Source of the DNA: an uncultured Mycoplasmataceae bacterium
Lineage (GTDB): Bacteria; Bacillota_I; Bacilli_A; Mycoplasmatales; Mycoplasmoidaceae
Length of the DNA: 64,000 nucleotides
Direction: 5' to 3'
NCBI GenBank assembly: GCA_949282725.1
Contig: CASDPP010000003.1
Span: 68,289-132,288 of the forward strand
Each line of letters begins with the position of its first letter. Within the stretch, counting starts at the first letter, position 1. Positions 1-11,463 of this stretch are shown piece after piece. The position numbers were made by a program, and so were the translations under genes. Under the pieces are notes generated by a model. It was not told the origin of the DNA and made no database searches. It saw only the letters and a program-made list of their open reading frames with translations.

Positions 1-1192
<1,192 letters not shown>

Positions 1193-1203
<11 letters not shown>

Positions 1204-2008
1204 TTTTATCTAATGTTTTATATAAGTTAAATAATGCTTCTGTTGATAATTCTTCTGCTCTAATTGTTTCAGAAATATTTTTGTCTTTTAATACTTTTAG
1301 TGTTTGGTTCCCATATAATGTTTTTAAATTGTTATATAAGGTTTTTCTTTTCATTTTAAATGATTCATTAAGAAATTTAATAAATTTAGAATCATAATTC
1401 TTGTTATTTTTAATAATTTCAATAAATACTGAATCAACATCTGGTTGTGGTTCAAAGTTTTTGCCATTTAAAGTCATAATGTTTTTAACATCACAATAAT
1501 AATTAAATGCTGCAGAAAAACCATTATAATTTTTTGTTTTTGGTTTTGCTTTAATTCTTTCTACCATTTCTTTTTGTAACATGAAATAACCTTTTCTAAT
1601 TTTATTACATTCCATAAATTGAAAAAGTACTTGAGAACTTATTGAATAAGGTAAATTAGAAACTATAATTGGGTTTTTGTATTGTTTAACAAGTTCATCT
1701 AAACTAACCTTTAAAACATCATTATTAATGATTTTAATTTGTTTAATATCAATGAATCTTTTATTTAAAAATTCATTAAGTCTTTTATCAAATTCAATTA
1801 AAATTAATTCTACTTTTTTATCTATTAAAAAATCTGTTATTGATCCTAGTCCAGGACCGATTTCAATAATTAAATCCACATTTTTAGTATCAACCGCTTT
1901 AACTATTTCTTGACAAATGTTTTGATTTATTAAAAAATTTTGTCCTAGTTTTTTAGAAGGAAAGAAATTATTTTTAGTTAAATATGTTTTTGTATTTTTT
2001 AAATCCAT
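1193..2008 (-). CDS. rsmA: 16S rRNA (adenine1518/1519-N6)-dimethyltransferase
   Basis: 271-aa ORF with KKLGQNFLINQNI...IIEIGPGLGSIT (SAM-binding motif) and VSNLPYSISS, typical of KsgA/RsmA. Confidence 0.85.
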
Positions 2009-2014
2009 ATTTAA

Positions 2015-3163
2015 TTATTCTAAAATTAGTTTATCTAACTTGCTTTCTAAGTTGTTGTGTTTTTTTCTACTATTTAAAATAATTTTATGCATGATGTATG
2101 ATTGTGCTAATGAGAATAGAGCGTTAAAGAACCAGTAAACACCAACACCGGTAGCAGAAAATGCAACGATTAATGACATAACCCCGGCAAAAATGTTTTG
2201 TGTCAAATTCATTTTTTTCATTTGTTTACCACCTTTTTGTGATAATGTTGCAGCATTTCTATTTCTTTTTTTAGCTCATTTTTGTGGTAATTTCATTGAT
2301 AAAAACTGAGTTGGAATTACCAATAATAAAAAGAAAATATATGTTCAACCTAAGTTAGTGAAATTTCCAAACACTTGTGATAAAGGAGTATAAGCAAAGT
2401 TTCAAATCCCAAATAAAATTGATGCTTTTAGAGGTCTTACTATTGTTACCACACGATAAACAATTAAAAAGATTGGTAATGTAATAAACATTTGTTCAAA
2501 TGCAGCAAATGGTTTTACATTATTTTTACGGTATAGTTCCATGATTTCTTGTTGTTTTTTTTGTTTAGAAACATTATCTTTTAAATCTTTATATTTAGCA
2601 TTAATTTCAGAAATCTTTCCTTGAACTTCTGTCATCTTTTCATTTTGTAAAGTAGATTTTAAAGTAACTAAGATTGATACAGCTCTAATAATAACTAATA
2701 AAATAAAAATTGACAATAAAGCATTTGTTGCTCCAATTCAATTATTAGTTAATCACATTAAATTTAAAACCATTCAAGCGCCTGGTCATACAAAAAATGC
2801 ATAAAACGGTCCATATTCTAACGATCAATCACTAAATGTGTGAAACTGATTATACATTCCTCCTGACGATAAATCATATAATCAATTACCAGATGTACCA
2901 AAATTAAAACCAAATTCTAAACCTGCTCCTATATTAACGTTTGTTGATATTTGTGAGTCTCACATTGATTGAAAACAACCTCATAAACCCATTAACATAA
3001 AAAAAGCAAAAATTAAAAATTTAATTCATTTAAATGTTATTTTGAAATATTTTTTAAAGTTAGAACTTTTTGTTTTTGGTTTAGATCAAAAAGGACTAGC
3101 TTGATTGCTATCTGTAGAATTTGTTGATATTCTTTTAAACGATAGTGCTGTATTATTTGACAT
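2015..3163 (-). CDS. yidC: membrane protein insertase YidC/Oxa1 family
   Basis: Track fragments 2015..2221 and 2402..2716 are in one frame, and 2015..3163 is exactly 383 codons, joined only by TGA. The protein is hydrophobic and multi-pass with a basic C-terminal tail. Position rpmH-rnpA-yidC is conserved. ATG at 3161..3163. Confidence 0.8.
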
Positions 3164-3491
3164 ATAACAATTTTAACGTTTTTAAAATTTCTTTTTCATT
3201 TTTTTCAAATTGATCCGTTTTATATGATTGTTTAACATATATCAAAAGATCAATGCTTTCTGGAATCTTATTTAATTTATAAATGATTGCTTTAATTTGT
3301 CTTCTTATTTTATTTCTAATAACTGCTTTTTTAAAATTTTTTTTACTTATTGATATAGCAATTCGAAATTTTCCTGAATCGTTTTTTATATATTTTAAAT
3401 TAACAATGTTAGTAGATAATAACTTTTTACTTTGTTGTAATTTTTTGAAGTTTTTTACTCCACGCAAAGATTCATATTTTTTATTTTTCAT
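3153..3491 (-). CDS. rnpA: ribonuclease P protein component
   Basis: Basic 112-aa ORF directly downstream of and overlapping rpmH. It contains the RNR-like motif [13 protein letters not shown]. Confidence 0.8.
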   Translation of the reverse strand: MKNKKYESLRGVKNFKKLQQSKKLLSTNIVNLKYIKNDSGKFRIAISISKKNFKKAVIRNKIRRQIKAIIYKLNKIPESIDLLIYVKQSYKTDQFEKNEKEILKTLKLLYVK

Positions 3492-3627
3492 CTGAAACAG
3501 TTAGTTTATGACGTCCTTTAACTCTTCTTCTTTTTAGTACTTTTCTACCTTTAGAAGTCGAATTACGAGACATAAACCCGTGTTTTTTAGCTCTACGTTT
3601 TTTATTTGGTTGATATGTTCTTTTCAT
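3481..3627 (-). CDS. rpmH: 50S ribosomal protein L34
   Basis: Hand translation gives [48 protein letters not shown]. It is below the ORF-track size cut-off, and its stop overlaps the rnpA start (ATGAAAAATAA). Confidence 0.9.
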   Translation of the reverse strand: MKRTYQPNKKRRAKKHGFMSRNSTSKGRKVLKRRRVKGRHKLTVSDEK

Positions 3628-3686
3628 AATAATAATTATATTAATTATAATTACATTTTTATTAATTTCATATAATATTAAAACAT

Positions 3687-5045
3687 ATGATTGATCTTAA
3701 AAAATTAAATGATCAGTTGGAAGAATTAAAACAAATCATTAAAACTAGTGATTCTGATTTTTTATTTTTTAATGAATTTATTAGTCCTTTAGTAATTAAT
3801 GACATAAAAAATAATAATATTATTATTAAAACTGTTAGCGATTGATCAAAAGTTAATTTAACTAACAATTATAAGCAACAATTTGATCAATTTTTTAGCC
3901 AAAAAAATAATGAAAAAATGAGCTGTTGTTTTGTTGGTAAAAACGAACAATTTAATGAAACTAAATTTGATGAAAATATAGTTCATGCTAATGTTTCTAA
4001 ACCAATAGGTTTAAATAAAAATTTTACATTTGATAATTTTGTTGTTGGTGGTTTTAATAAAACAGCTTTTAATGCATGCAAAACATTATTTAATAAAAAA
4101 ATTATGTGGAATCCTATATTTATCAGTGGAGATGTAGGGTTAGGAAAAACACATTTATTGCATGCTATTGGCAATGAATTTCATAAACTTTATCCTGAAA
4201 AAAAGATTAAATATATATCAGCTGATAATTTCATTAGAGAAATATATAATGCTCTTTCAAAAGACGCTAACACATTAGAAAGAGTAAAGGAAGAATATGA
4301 ATCGATGGATTTATTTTTATTAGATGATATCCAATTTTTAGAAGGAAAAGAAAAAATTAATGAAATCTTTTTTAATTTATTTAATAAAAATATCCAAGAT
4401 GGTAAAATTATTGTTATGACATCTGATAAAGATCCTAGTTATTTAAGAAATGTTGAGGATCGAATTAAATCTAGAATTCAATCTGGTTTATTTATTAAAA
4501 TAAAGTCACCTGAATTATCTTCTGTTAAATCTATTTTTGAAAAAAAAGTAAATGAATATGAAACTTCTTATATTTTTACACAAGATGCAATTGATTATAT
4601 TTGTCGTAGAAATGTTAGTGATATTAGAAAACTAGAAGGATTTATTAATCGAATTTTATTTTATGCAATTAATAATTTACCACCTAATGCAGTTATCACA
4701 CTAGATATTGTTAAAAATAATACGGAAGTTGAAAAATATGAAATGATTAAAAATATTGGATATGACATTGACCCAAGACAAGTTATTGAAATAGTATGTA
4801 ATATTTATAATGTTTCATCAGATTTAGTTACATCTAAAAGCAGATTAAAAAATTTAAATACTGTTAGACATGTTTGTATGTACATACTAAAAAGAAAATT
4901 TAATATGCCATATAACCAAATTGGTTCTTATTTTTCAGGCAGAAATCACTCTACTGTTTTAGAAGCTGTTGAAAAAATTAATGTGTTAATGGAAAAAGAC
5001 CCGAATTTAAAACAGTTTATTGAAAATATTTATAAAAAAATATAA
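3687..5045 (+). CDS. dnaA: chromosomal replication initiator protein DnaA
   Basis: Track ORF 3918..5045 has the AAA+ Walker A ([15 protein letters not shown]) and the C-terminal DnaA-box-binding region ([11 protein letters not shown]). An in-frame ATG at 3687 extends it 77 codons through one TGA. Confidence 0.9.
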
Positions 5046-5050
5046 TTTTT

Positions 5051-6310
5051 TTATATCTTAATTGTTTTTTTTCTTCTGATAATAAATCAAATTCCTAAAC
5101 TAATTAAAGATAAAACAATAGCTGCTATTCCTAATGATAACCCTAAAATTAAATTTAAGTTGTTGTCTTCTTGTTGTGAATTAACATTTAAAGTAATTGT
5201 TTCAGAATCAACATAAATACTTGTCGAACTATTTGTCGCCTTTAATTTGAATTTATATGTTCCTTCAACACATTGATCTGTTCAATATAATGATCCTTGA
5301 TTATCAATTGACAGCCAATCTGGTTTATCCCCTTCATTCATTACAATTTCTCATTGATCTGGGTCTAATAATTGACTATTAATAGAGTATTTTTCTGATC
5401 CTGATTGATTTTTTAAAGTATTTATATTTATGTTACCTTGTACTTGAAACGATTGAAATAATGAAATAATAGTAATTTGTTCTGCCGATGTTTTTTCATT
5501 GCCTAAATTAAAACCTTTTATTTGAAATGTGTATATACCTTCTGGTACTTGATTTCAATTAATTATTCCATCTGAAATTGACAAACCTTCTGGTATTTGT
5601 GTTGTTTGTTTTATTGGAACTAATGATCAATTTGTAAATTTAGTGATTGTTTCTGGACTAAATCCACTATAAGTAAATTTGTTAGTTGTTGATCCTGATT
5701 CTGTTGGTTTGATTTCAATTTGACTAAAATCACCTGCTATAGTTGCTTGAGCAGAATCATAACTTCATTCATCCACATTGCTTGCTTCAAAACCAAAATT
5801 CAACGCTGATGTATAATCATTTTTTGAATTACTTGGTACATATATTTTAAATAATGTAGATCCGTATCAATTTTGTCCAAATGATGGAATTTGTGTTGAT
5901 GAAAAAGCTATTTCACTAATTTGTGTAGGATTAAAAGCTTGTTGTCCGATATTATTTAATGAATTAGGTATCATTATATCACCTGATAAATTTGAACATC
6001 CAGCAAATGAATTAATTCCAATAGAAGTTAAACTTGTAGCTTGAGATAAATCTAACGAAATAAGGTCTGGTGTATTATAAAAAGCCAAATCTCCGATTGC
6101 TGTTATATTAGAATTTACTTTTAGCATTCCTTCGCCTGAGACGTATCCTGTGATTGTTGTCCCGTCAACAGTTACAGTAATATCACCCATAACTTCATTC
6201 CCATTAGTGGTGTTTTGGATATGAATTTTTTTTGAATTGTTTTGAATGTTTGTATTAACTAATATCGGACTAAATAATAATAGTGAACTAAGAAATGTAA
6301 TTTTTTTCAT
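5051..6310 (-). CDS. BspA-like leucine-rich-repeat surface protein with two Ig-like repeats and a C-terminal membrane anchor
   Basis: N-terminal signal-like MKKITFLSSLLLFSPILV is followed by LRR_5-type repeats (ITAIGDLAFYN..SLTSIGINSFAGCSNL..LNNIGQQAF). After TGA read-through come two He_PIG-like units (IPEGLSISDGIINWNQVPEGIYTFQIK and KPDWLSIDNQGSLYWTDQCVEGTYKFKLK). It ends in a hydrophobic helix plus RRKK. 5051..6310 is exactly 420 codons. Confidence 0.65.
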
Positions 6311-6588
6311 AATTTAATAAATTAAATTATAAACTATTTATTTGTTTATTGTTATTTATGATTGTTGTAAATAATTATAATTTTTATATTTTTTTATTAT
6401 TTGAAATTTTAGTTGTATAATATTTCTAACCTGGAAACGTTTTACAGGGAAAAAAATAAAAAATTTAACAAGAAGGCCTCTAATTAAGATTTTGATAAGA
6501 TTATAATCGCATAAATAATGATTTTAATTATCTTAATTCAAAAGTCTAAATCTTGCATAAAATTTCCTTCCTGTTTAAATTTTTTTTT

Positions 6589-6750
6589 GCTCTTTTTTTC
6601 CAAAGAGCACCGCTCTTTAAATCATTTTTTGCCAGTCAAAAAATGATATAATCTCCCACCGGGAGAAAAAAAAGACAAAAATTTTTTTGGCTTCGGGCGT
6701 GGCGCGGAAAATCGTTTCCGCAAAAATCGCGTAGCGCATTTTTGGCTGGA
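6589..6750. other. GC-rich cluster of perfect hairpins, possibly a structured RNA or miniature repeat element
   Basis: GCTCTTT(6589-6595)/AAAGAGC(6602-6608)/GCTCTTT(6612-6618) form two mutually exclusive hairpins. ATCATTTTTT(6621-6630)-GCCAGTC-AAAAAATGAT(6638-6647) is a 10-bp stem. TCTCCC-ACC-GGGAGA lies at 6652-6666 and GCGGAAA-ATCG-TTTCCGC at 6704-6721. By hand count, 6689..6752 is about 58% G+C in a very AT-rich context. Confidence 0.3.
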
Positions 6751-6757
6751 GCAAATT

Positions 6758-7237
6758 TTATATTTTCATCCGATAAATTAAATGAATATAATCTAAAATT
6801 TCTACATATGTTTCATTTGCTTTTTTATCTGAAAATTTTTTTTTATTATTTCAATTATTAAATTTTGTTTTTGTCTCTTCACAACATTTTAAATATGTAG
6901 ACCATATTTTTTCTTCCACATTTTTATCTCTTAAAAAAATATTTCTTGATTGATCATTATTTGAATAATCAAATTGTTTGTTTGGGTGAACAAAAAAATC
7001 TCTTCATTCTTTTATTCTTTTTGAATTTAAAATTTTTTTTCCTAAGTTAAATTTTTTTATAATGTCGTTTAAGTTAATTAAAATGGTTAAAAATAAAAAA
7101 TTTGATGCAAAATTTAAAAGATAACTATCTTTTTTTTCTTTACAATTATCTGAAATCATTAAAAGTATTAGATATAAATCTTTAGTTTCAATTAACTTTT
7201 GTTTATAAAATTCTTTTCTACTACTAGATTTATTCAT
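6758..7237 (-). CDS. hypothetical protein downstream of hsdR (Rx4H motif, possible HEPN-like)
   Basis: Track ORF 7004..7237 extends through TGA codons to TAA at 6758..6760, exactly 160 codons. It looks predominantly helical and contains WRDFFVHP (R-x4-H). It starts 25 nt after hsdR on the same strand. Confidence 0.5.
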
Positions 7238-7262
7238 ATTTTATTCTTTGTTTTAATATTTA

Positions 7263-10200
7263 TTAAAAACTAAAATCATCATCTGATATTGTGTAATATC
7301 TATCAAAAAAATTCTTAATTCTTTCAATTATTTTATTTTTTGTATTAAATCTTACTTTTTCTTTACTAAATCTAGATAATGGTGGCATAATCTTGGCAAT
7401 ATCTACACCATTTGTTTCAATTTGTCCTTTTTGAAAAGAATTTGACATAAATTTAATAGTTTCTTCTTTATTTAAATGTTCTTCTGAAATTATTTTTAAT
7501 AATTCTTCTCATCTTTTTTTTCTAATATATTGTCTAAATTCACCATAAACTTCGTTTGTTTTATTTAATATTTTTATAAATTCCAGAATTAAATCTTTTT
7601 TATTTCTAAGTTGAATATTAGAATCCAAAATTTTGTTTATGTTAACCAATATTTCTTTATCGTTTGTTTTTGTATATTTATTTAATAAATTTAAGATGTA
7701 ATCTATATTAACATCTTCCTGTTTGATAAGTTCTATTTCAAAAACTATATCATCAGTGACATCTTCTTTGTCAACGTGTTTTCTATATTGTTCATAAATA
7801 TCTAAATAAATAGATTTGTAATCTTGTCATTCTCTTTCTGTTAATATTTGATCGTTTTCGAATTCATCAAAACAACTTAAAATGTTTCTTACTTTTAATA
7901 TTTGACCGTAAAGAAAAATAAAATCTTTTTTATTTCTTTCTCCTATTATCTCTTTACCAATTGGATAAATATTTTTTAATTTTTCAATAAGTTTTTTGTA
8001 ACCTATAAATTCTTGACCTTTATAACTGTATCCATAATAATATTCATCATAAGTTTTTAAAATAACAATGTTTTTAGAGTCTTTATTACCAAATAATAAA
8101 AGAGCTTTATTTAAATTTTCCTCAAGATTTCTAAAACATATTATGTTACCAAATTTTTTAATATTGTTTAAAATACGATTTGTTCTTGAAAATGCTTGTA
8201 TTAAACCGTGATATTTAAGATTTTTATCTACTCATAAAGTATTTAATGTTGTTGCATCAAACCCAGTCAAAAACATATTAACAACTATTAATAGATCTAG
8301 TTCCTTGTTTTTCATTCTCATAGAAACATCTTTATAATAGTTTGAAAAATTACTTCCTGCATCAAATGACGTTCCGAACATTTTGTTGTAATTACTTATA
8401 GCATTTTCTAAAAATTCTCTTGAATTTTTGTCTAATCCATCTACACTATCACTATTTTCATCTTCAATAATTTCATCTTCTCCTTCATTTGGATTGTAAC
8501 TGTATATTAAACCTATTTTTAAATTGTGTTGAATTGATTTAAATTTAGAATAATATGCTTTAGCTAGTTCTATATCACCGACAGCAAAAAGAGAATTAAA
8601 TCCTGATAAACTAACTTCTTTCTTTTTTTCTCCTATGTTTCTGTTTTTTACTAATTTATTTATATTTGTTACTTGTTTAAATGTGTAGTTTTCACTATGT
8701 TTTGTATATTGATCAAAATGTTTTAAAATATAGTTTACAACATTAGTTATTCTTTCATCGTTATGTAAAACTTTTTTGTTGTCAATAGCATATACTTTTT
8801 TATCTAATATGTTTGATTTTCCTTTAAAAGTATTAATATAAGTTAATTTAAAAGGTAAAACATTTTCATCGTCAATTGCATCTATGATTGTGTATGAGTG
8901 TAGTTGTTCTCCGAATAAATCTTGAGTTGTTTGATAGTGAATTAAGTTTTCTTTAAATATCGGAGTTCCAGTAAAACCAAACATGTAATATTTTTTGAAT
9001 TTGGTTCTAATTTGTTTATGCATTTGTCCAAACTGACTTCTATGACACTCATCAAAAATAATAACAACTTCTTCATTATATATGTCGTGTTTAGAATTCT
9101 TTTTAATGAATTTATCTAATTTTTGAATTGTTGTTATGATGATGTTTGAATCAGGATCTTCTAATTGTTTTTGTAATATTTTTGTATTAGTATTTGAGTT
9201 AGCACAACCTTCTTGAAATCTGTCATATTCTCTCATTGTTTGATAATCTAAATCTTTTCTATCAACAACAAATAATACTTTTTTTATATATTCAAGTTGT
9301 GTTGCTAAAATAGCAGTTTTAAAACTTGTTAAAGTTTTACCACTTCCTGTTGTATGTCAAACATATCCACCAGATCCTTGTTTTCCATATTTTTTGTAGT
9401 TATGAGATAATGCTATTTTATCAATTATTCTTTCTGTGGCTACTATTTGATATGATCTCATTACTAATAGTCTTTCATCTGAAGTAAAAACACAATATTT
9501 AGTAATTATGTTTAGAATTGTGTGTTTAGAAAAGAATGTTTTTGTAAAGTCTGATAATGATTTAATTTTATTATTTTTACTATCTGCTCAATAATTAGTG
9601 AATTCAAATGTATTATTTCTTTTCTTTGTTGAGTTTTTTACATGTTCTTGTCTTGTTGTATTTGAATAGTATTTTGTCAATGTACCATTTGAAATTACAA
9701 ATATCTGAACATAATCAAATAAACCCTTACCAGATCAAAAACTATCTCTTTTATATCTAGTTATTTGATTAAATGCTTCTTGTAAACTAACTCCTCTTCT
9801 TTTTAATTCAATATGAACTAATGGTAATCCATTAACTAATATAGTTACATCATATCTATTTTTATGTTTACCATCATTATTTTCATATTGATTAATTACT
9901 TGTAAAGAATTGTTGTGAATATTTTTTTTATCAATTATATAAATGTTTCTTTCTTGACCATTATCTAATTTAATGTTTTTTACTCAATCTAATTGAATTC
10001 TTTTACTTTTTTCAACAATGCTATCTTTATTATTAGAAATAAAAGAATCAAAGAATAATTTTCATTCTTTTTCAGAAAATTTATGTTTATTTAATCTTTC
10101 AATTTGATTACGAAGATTTTGAATAAGTTCTTCTTCATTTTTAATAAATAAATAATCATAACCTTGTAGTTTTAAGTTTTTGATGAATTCTTTTTCTAAA

Positions 10201-10301
10201 TTTTCCTCACTTTGATGAGAAGTTTGTTTATCTGTTTTTTGTTTAAATTCTGTAACTACTGTACTTTCGTTATTTTCTGATATTGTTTTTATTTTGTTCA
10301 T
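7263..10301 (-). CDS. hsdR: Type I restriction enzyme R subunit (HsdR)
   Basis: Track fragments 10062..10301, 8232..9236 and 7263..7448 share one frame, and 3039 nt is 1013 codons. Hand translation of 9237..10061 shows only TGA interruptions. Motifs seen: [38 protein letters not shown] (Walker A) and [10 protein letters not shown] (DEAH box). Confidence 0.9.
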
Positions 10302-10304
10302 AAT

Positions 10305-10838
10305 TTATTCTTCCTCAAATGTTAATAATTTATTTCTATAGTATTCGTATTGTTTAGTTCTCATTTCTATTTCTGCTGGTATTCCTTCAGATAAGTCATT
10401 TACTAATGTATCAAATTTGTCTAAAATTTCTACTATTTCTTTTTGTTTTTCTTGTGGTGGAATTGGAATTTTTATATCTAAAATCCTTTTCATGCTTGGG
10501 TGTTTTATACCAGCACCAACAAAACAATTTTCTATAAAATTTTTATTAGATTGTAAAAAATAATAAATATATTTAGTGTTAAATTTATTTTTATCGATAG
10601 AAACACAGATATTATTTAAAGAATTTAAAAATTTTCCATTTCAATATTTAATATTTGCTGTGCCTCCTGTAGGTATTGTAATAACTTCATTCTCATAATA
10701 ATTTTTACAAATTTTATCATTTGTATACCCATTCAAAAAACCAGTTGATAATAATTTAATATCACCATCTTTTTGTATTAATTTTTTTAATTGTTTAGAA
10801 CTAATAGATTTAATATTTATTATTTTTTGTTGTTTCAT
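10305..10838 (-). CDS. hsdS: Type I R-M specificity subunit, C-terminal half (TRD2 plus distal conserved region)
   Basis: Fragments 10641..10838 and 10305..10493 are in frame across one TGA. It ends with IPIPPQEKQKEIVEILDKFDTLVNDLSEGIPAEIEMRTKQYEYYRNKLL, the conserved HsdS coiled-coil region. It has its own ATG at 10838, preceded by AAGGAATAGACAAA. Confidence 0.85.
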
Positions 10839-10873
10839 TTTGTCTATTCCTTGAAATTTTTTATTTCATTTTG

Positions 10874-11461
10874 TTATTTCTCACAAAGAATATCATCTAA
10901 TCCCCCCCCGTTATCTTTTTCTTTATCAAAATCTAATAATTTATTTCTATAGTATTCATATTGTTTCTTTCTAGCTGTAAGCTCTGCTGTAAGCTCTGCT
11001 GTAAGCTCTGTAAATTTATCCAGAATATCTACTATTTCTTTTTGCTTTTCTAAAGGTGGAATTGAAATAATTAAATTTTCAATTACCTTCTTTTTAATGG
11101 AAGGAATTGTTGTTGTAGTTTTTTTAGAAATTAAATAGTTTTCATTATTTTTAAGAAAATAATATAAAAATTTATTTAATAATTTATTTTCGTTTCTTGA
11201 TTTAATTAAAAAACAATGATAACCTAACCAAAATTTTGTTTTAATAAAATCAACATTACCCGCTGATCCACCTTCTGCTATTGTTATTGAATTTTCTGGT
11301 GCATTATATGTACTAAGATAACCTGTGGGTTTGGTCCCTCCATTTATTAATGGATATTCTCCTGATTTTTTAGTTTTATTTTTATTTACTTGTTGACCTT
11401 TTATTATTTCACAACAATCAATAATTTTTAAATATTCAATATTTTTACTATTTATTTTCAT
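10874..11461 (-). CDS. hsdS: Type I R-M specificity subunit, N-terminal half (TRD1 plus central conserved region)
   Basis: 195-aa ORF ending IPPLEKQKEIVDILDKFTELTAELTAELTARKKQYEYYRNKLLDFDKEKDNGGGLDDILCEK. It terminates 8 codons after the G8 tract (minus-strand sense). Confidence 0.85.
   Translation of the reverse strand: MKINSKNIEYLKIIDCCEIIKGQQVNKNKTKKSGEYPLINGGTKPTGYLSTYNAPENSITIAEGGSAGNVDFIKTKFWLGYHCFLIKSRNENKLLNKFLYYFLKNNENYLISKKTTTTIPSIKKKVIENLIISIPPLEKQKEIVDILDKFTELTAELTAELTARKKQYEYYRNKLLDFDKEKDNGGGLDDILCEK
10902..10909 (-). repeat. homopolymeric C8 (G8 in gene sense) at the hsdS TRD1/TRD2 junction
   Basis: Direct read at 10901-10910 is tccccccccg. A +1 length change reads GGG GGG GGG ATT AGA TGA TAT TCT TTG TGA GAA ATA ACA AAA TGA AAT AAA AAA TTT CAA GGA ATA GAC AAA ATG AAA CAA. 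This has no TAA or TAG and is in frame with the downstream half. Confidence 0.9.
10974..11009 (-). repeat. three perfect tandem copies of a 12-bp unit (gctgtaagctct) encoding (TAEL)3 in the HsdS central conserved region
   Basis: Direct read gives units at 10974-10985, 10986-10997 and 10998-11009. The protein reads ELTAELTAELTA. Confidence 0.95.
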
Positions 11462-11463
11462 AT

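Noticed and set aside
3628-3686. The rpmH-dnaA spacer as the oriC location.
   Set aside because: It is only 59 bp of A/T with no DnaA-box-like 9-mers, which is too short to hold a box cluster plus an unwinding element.
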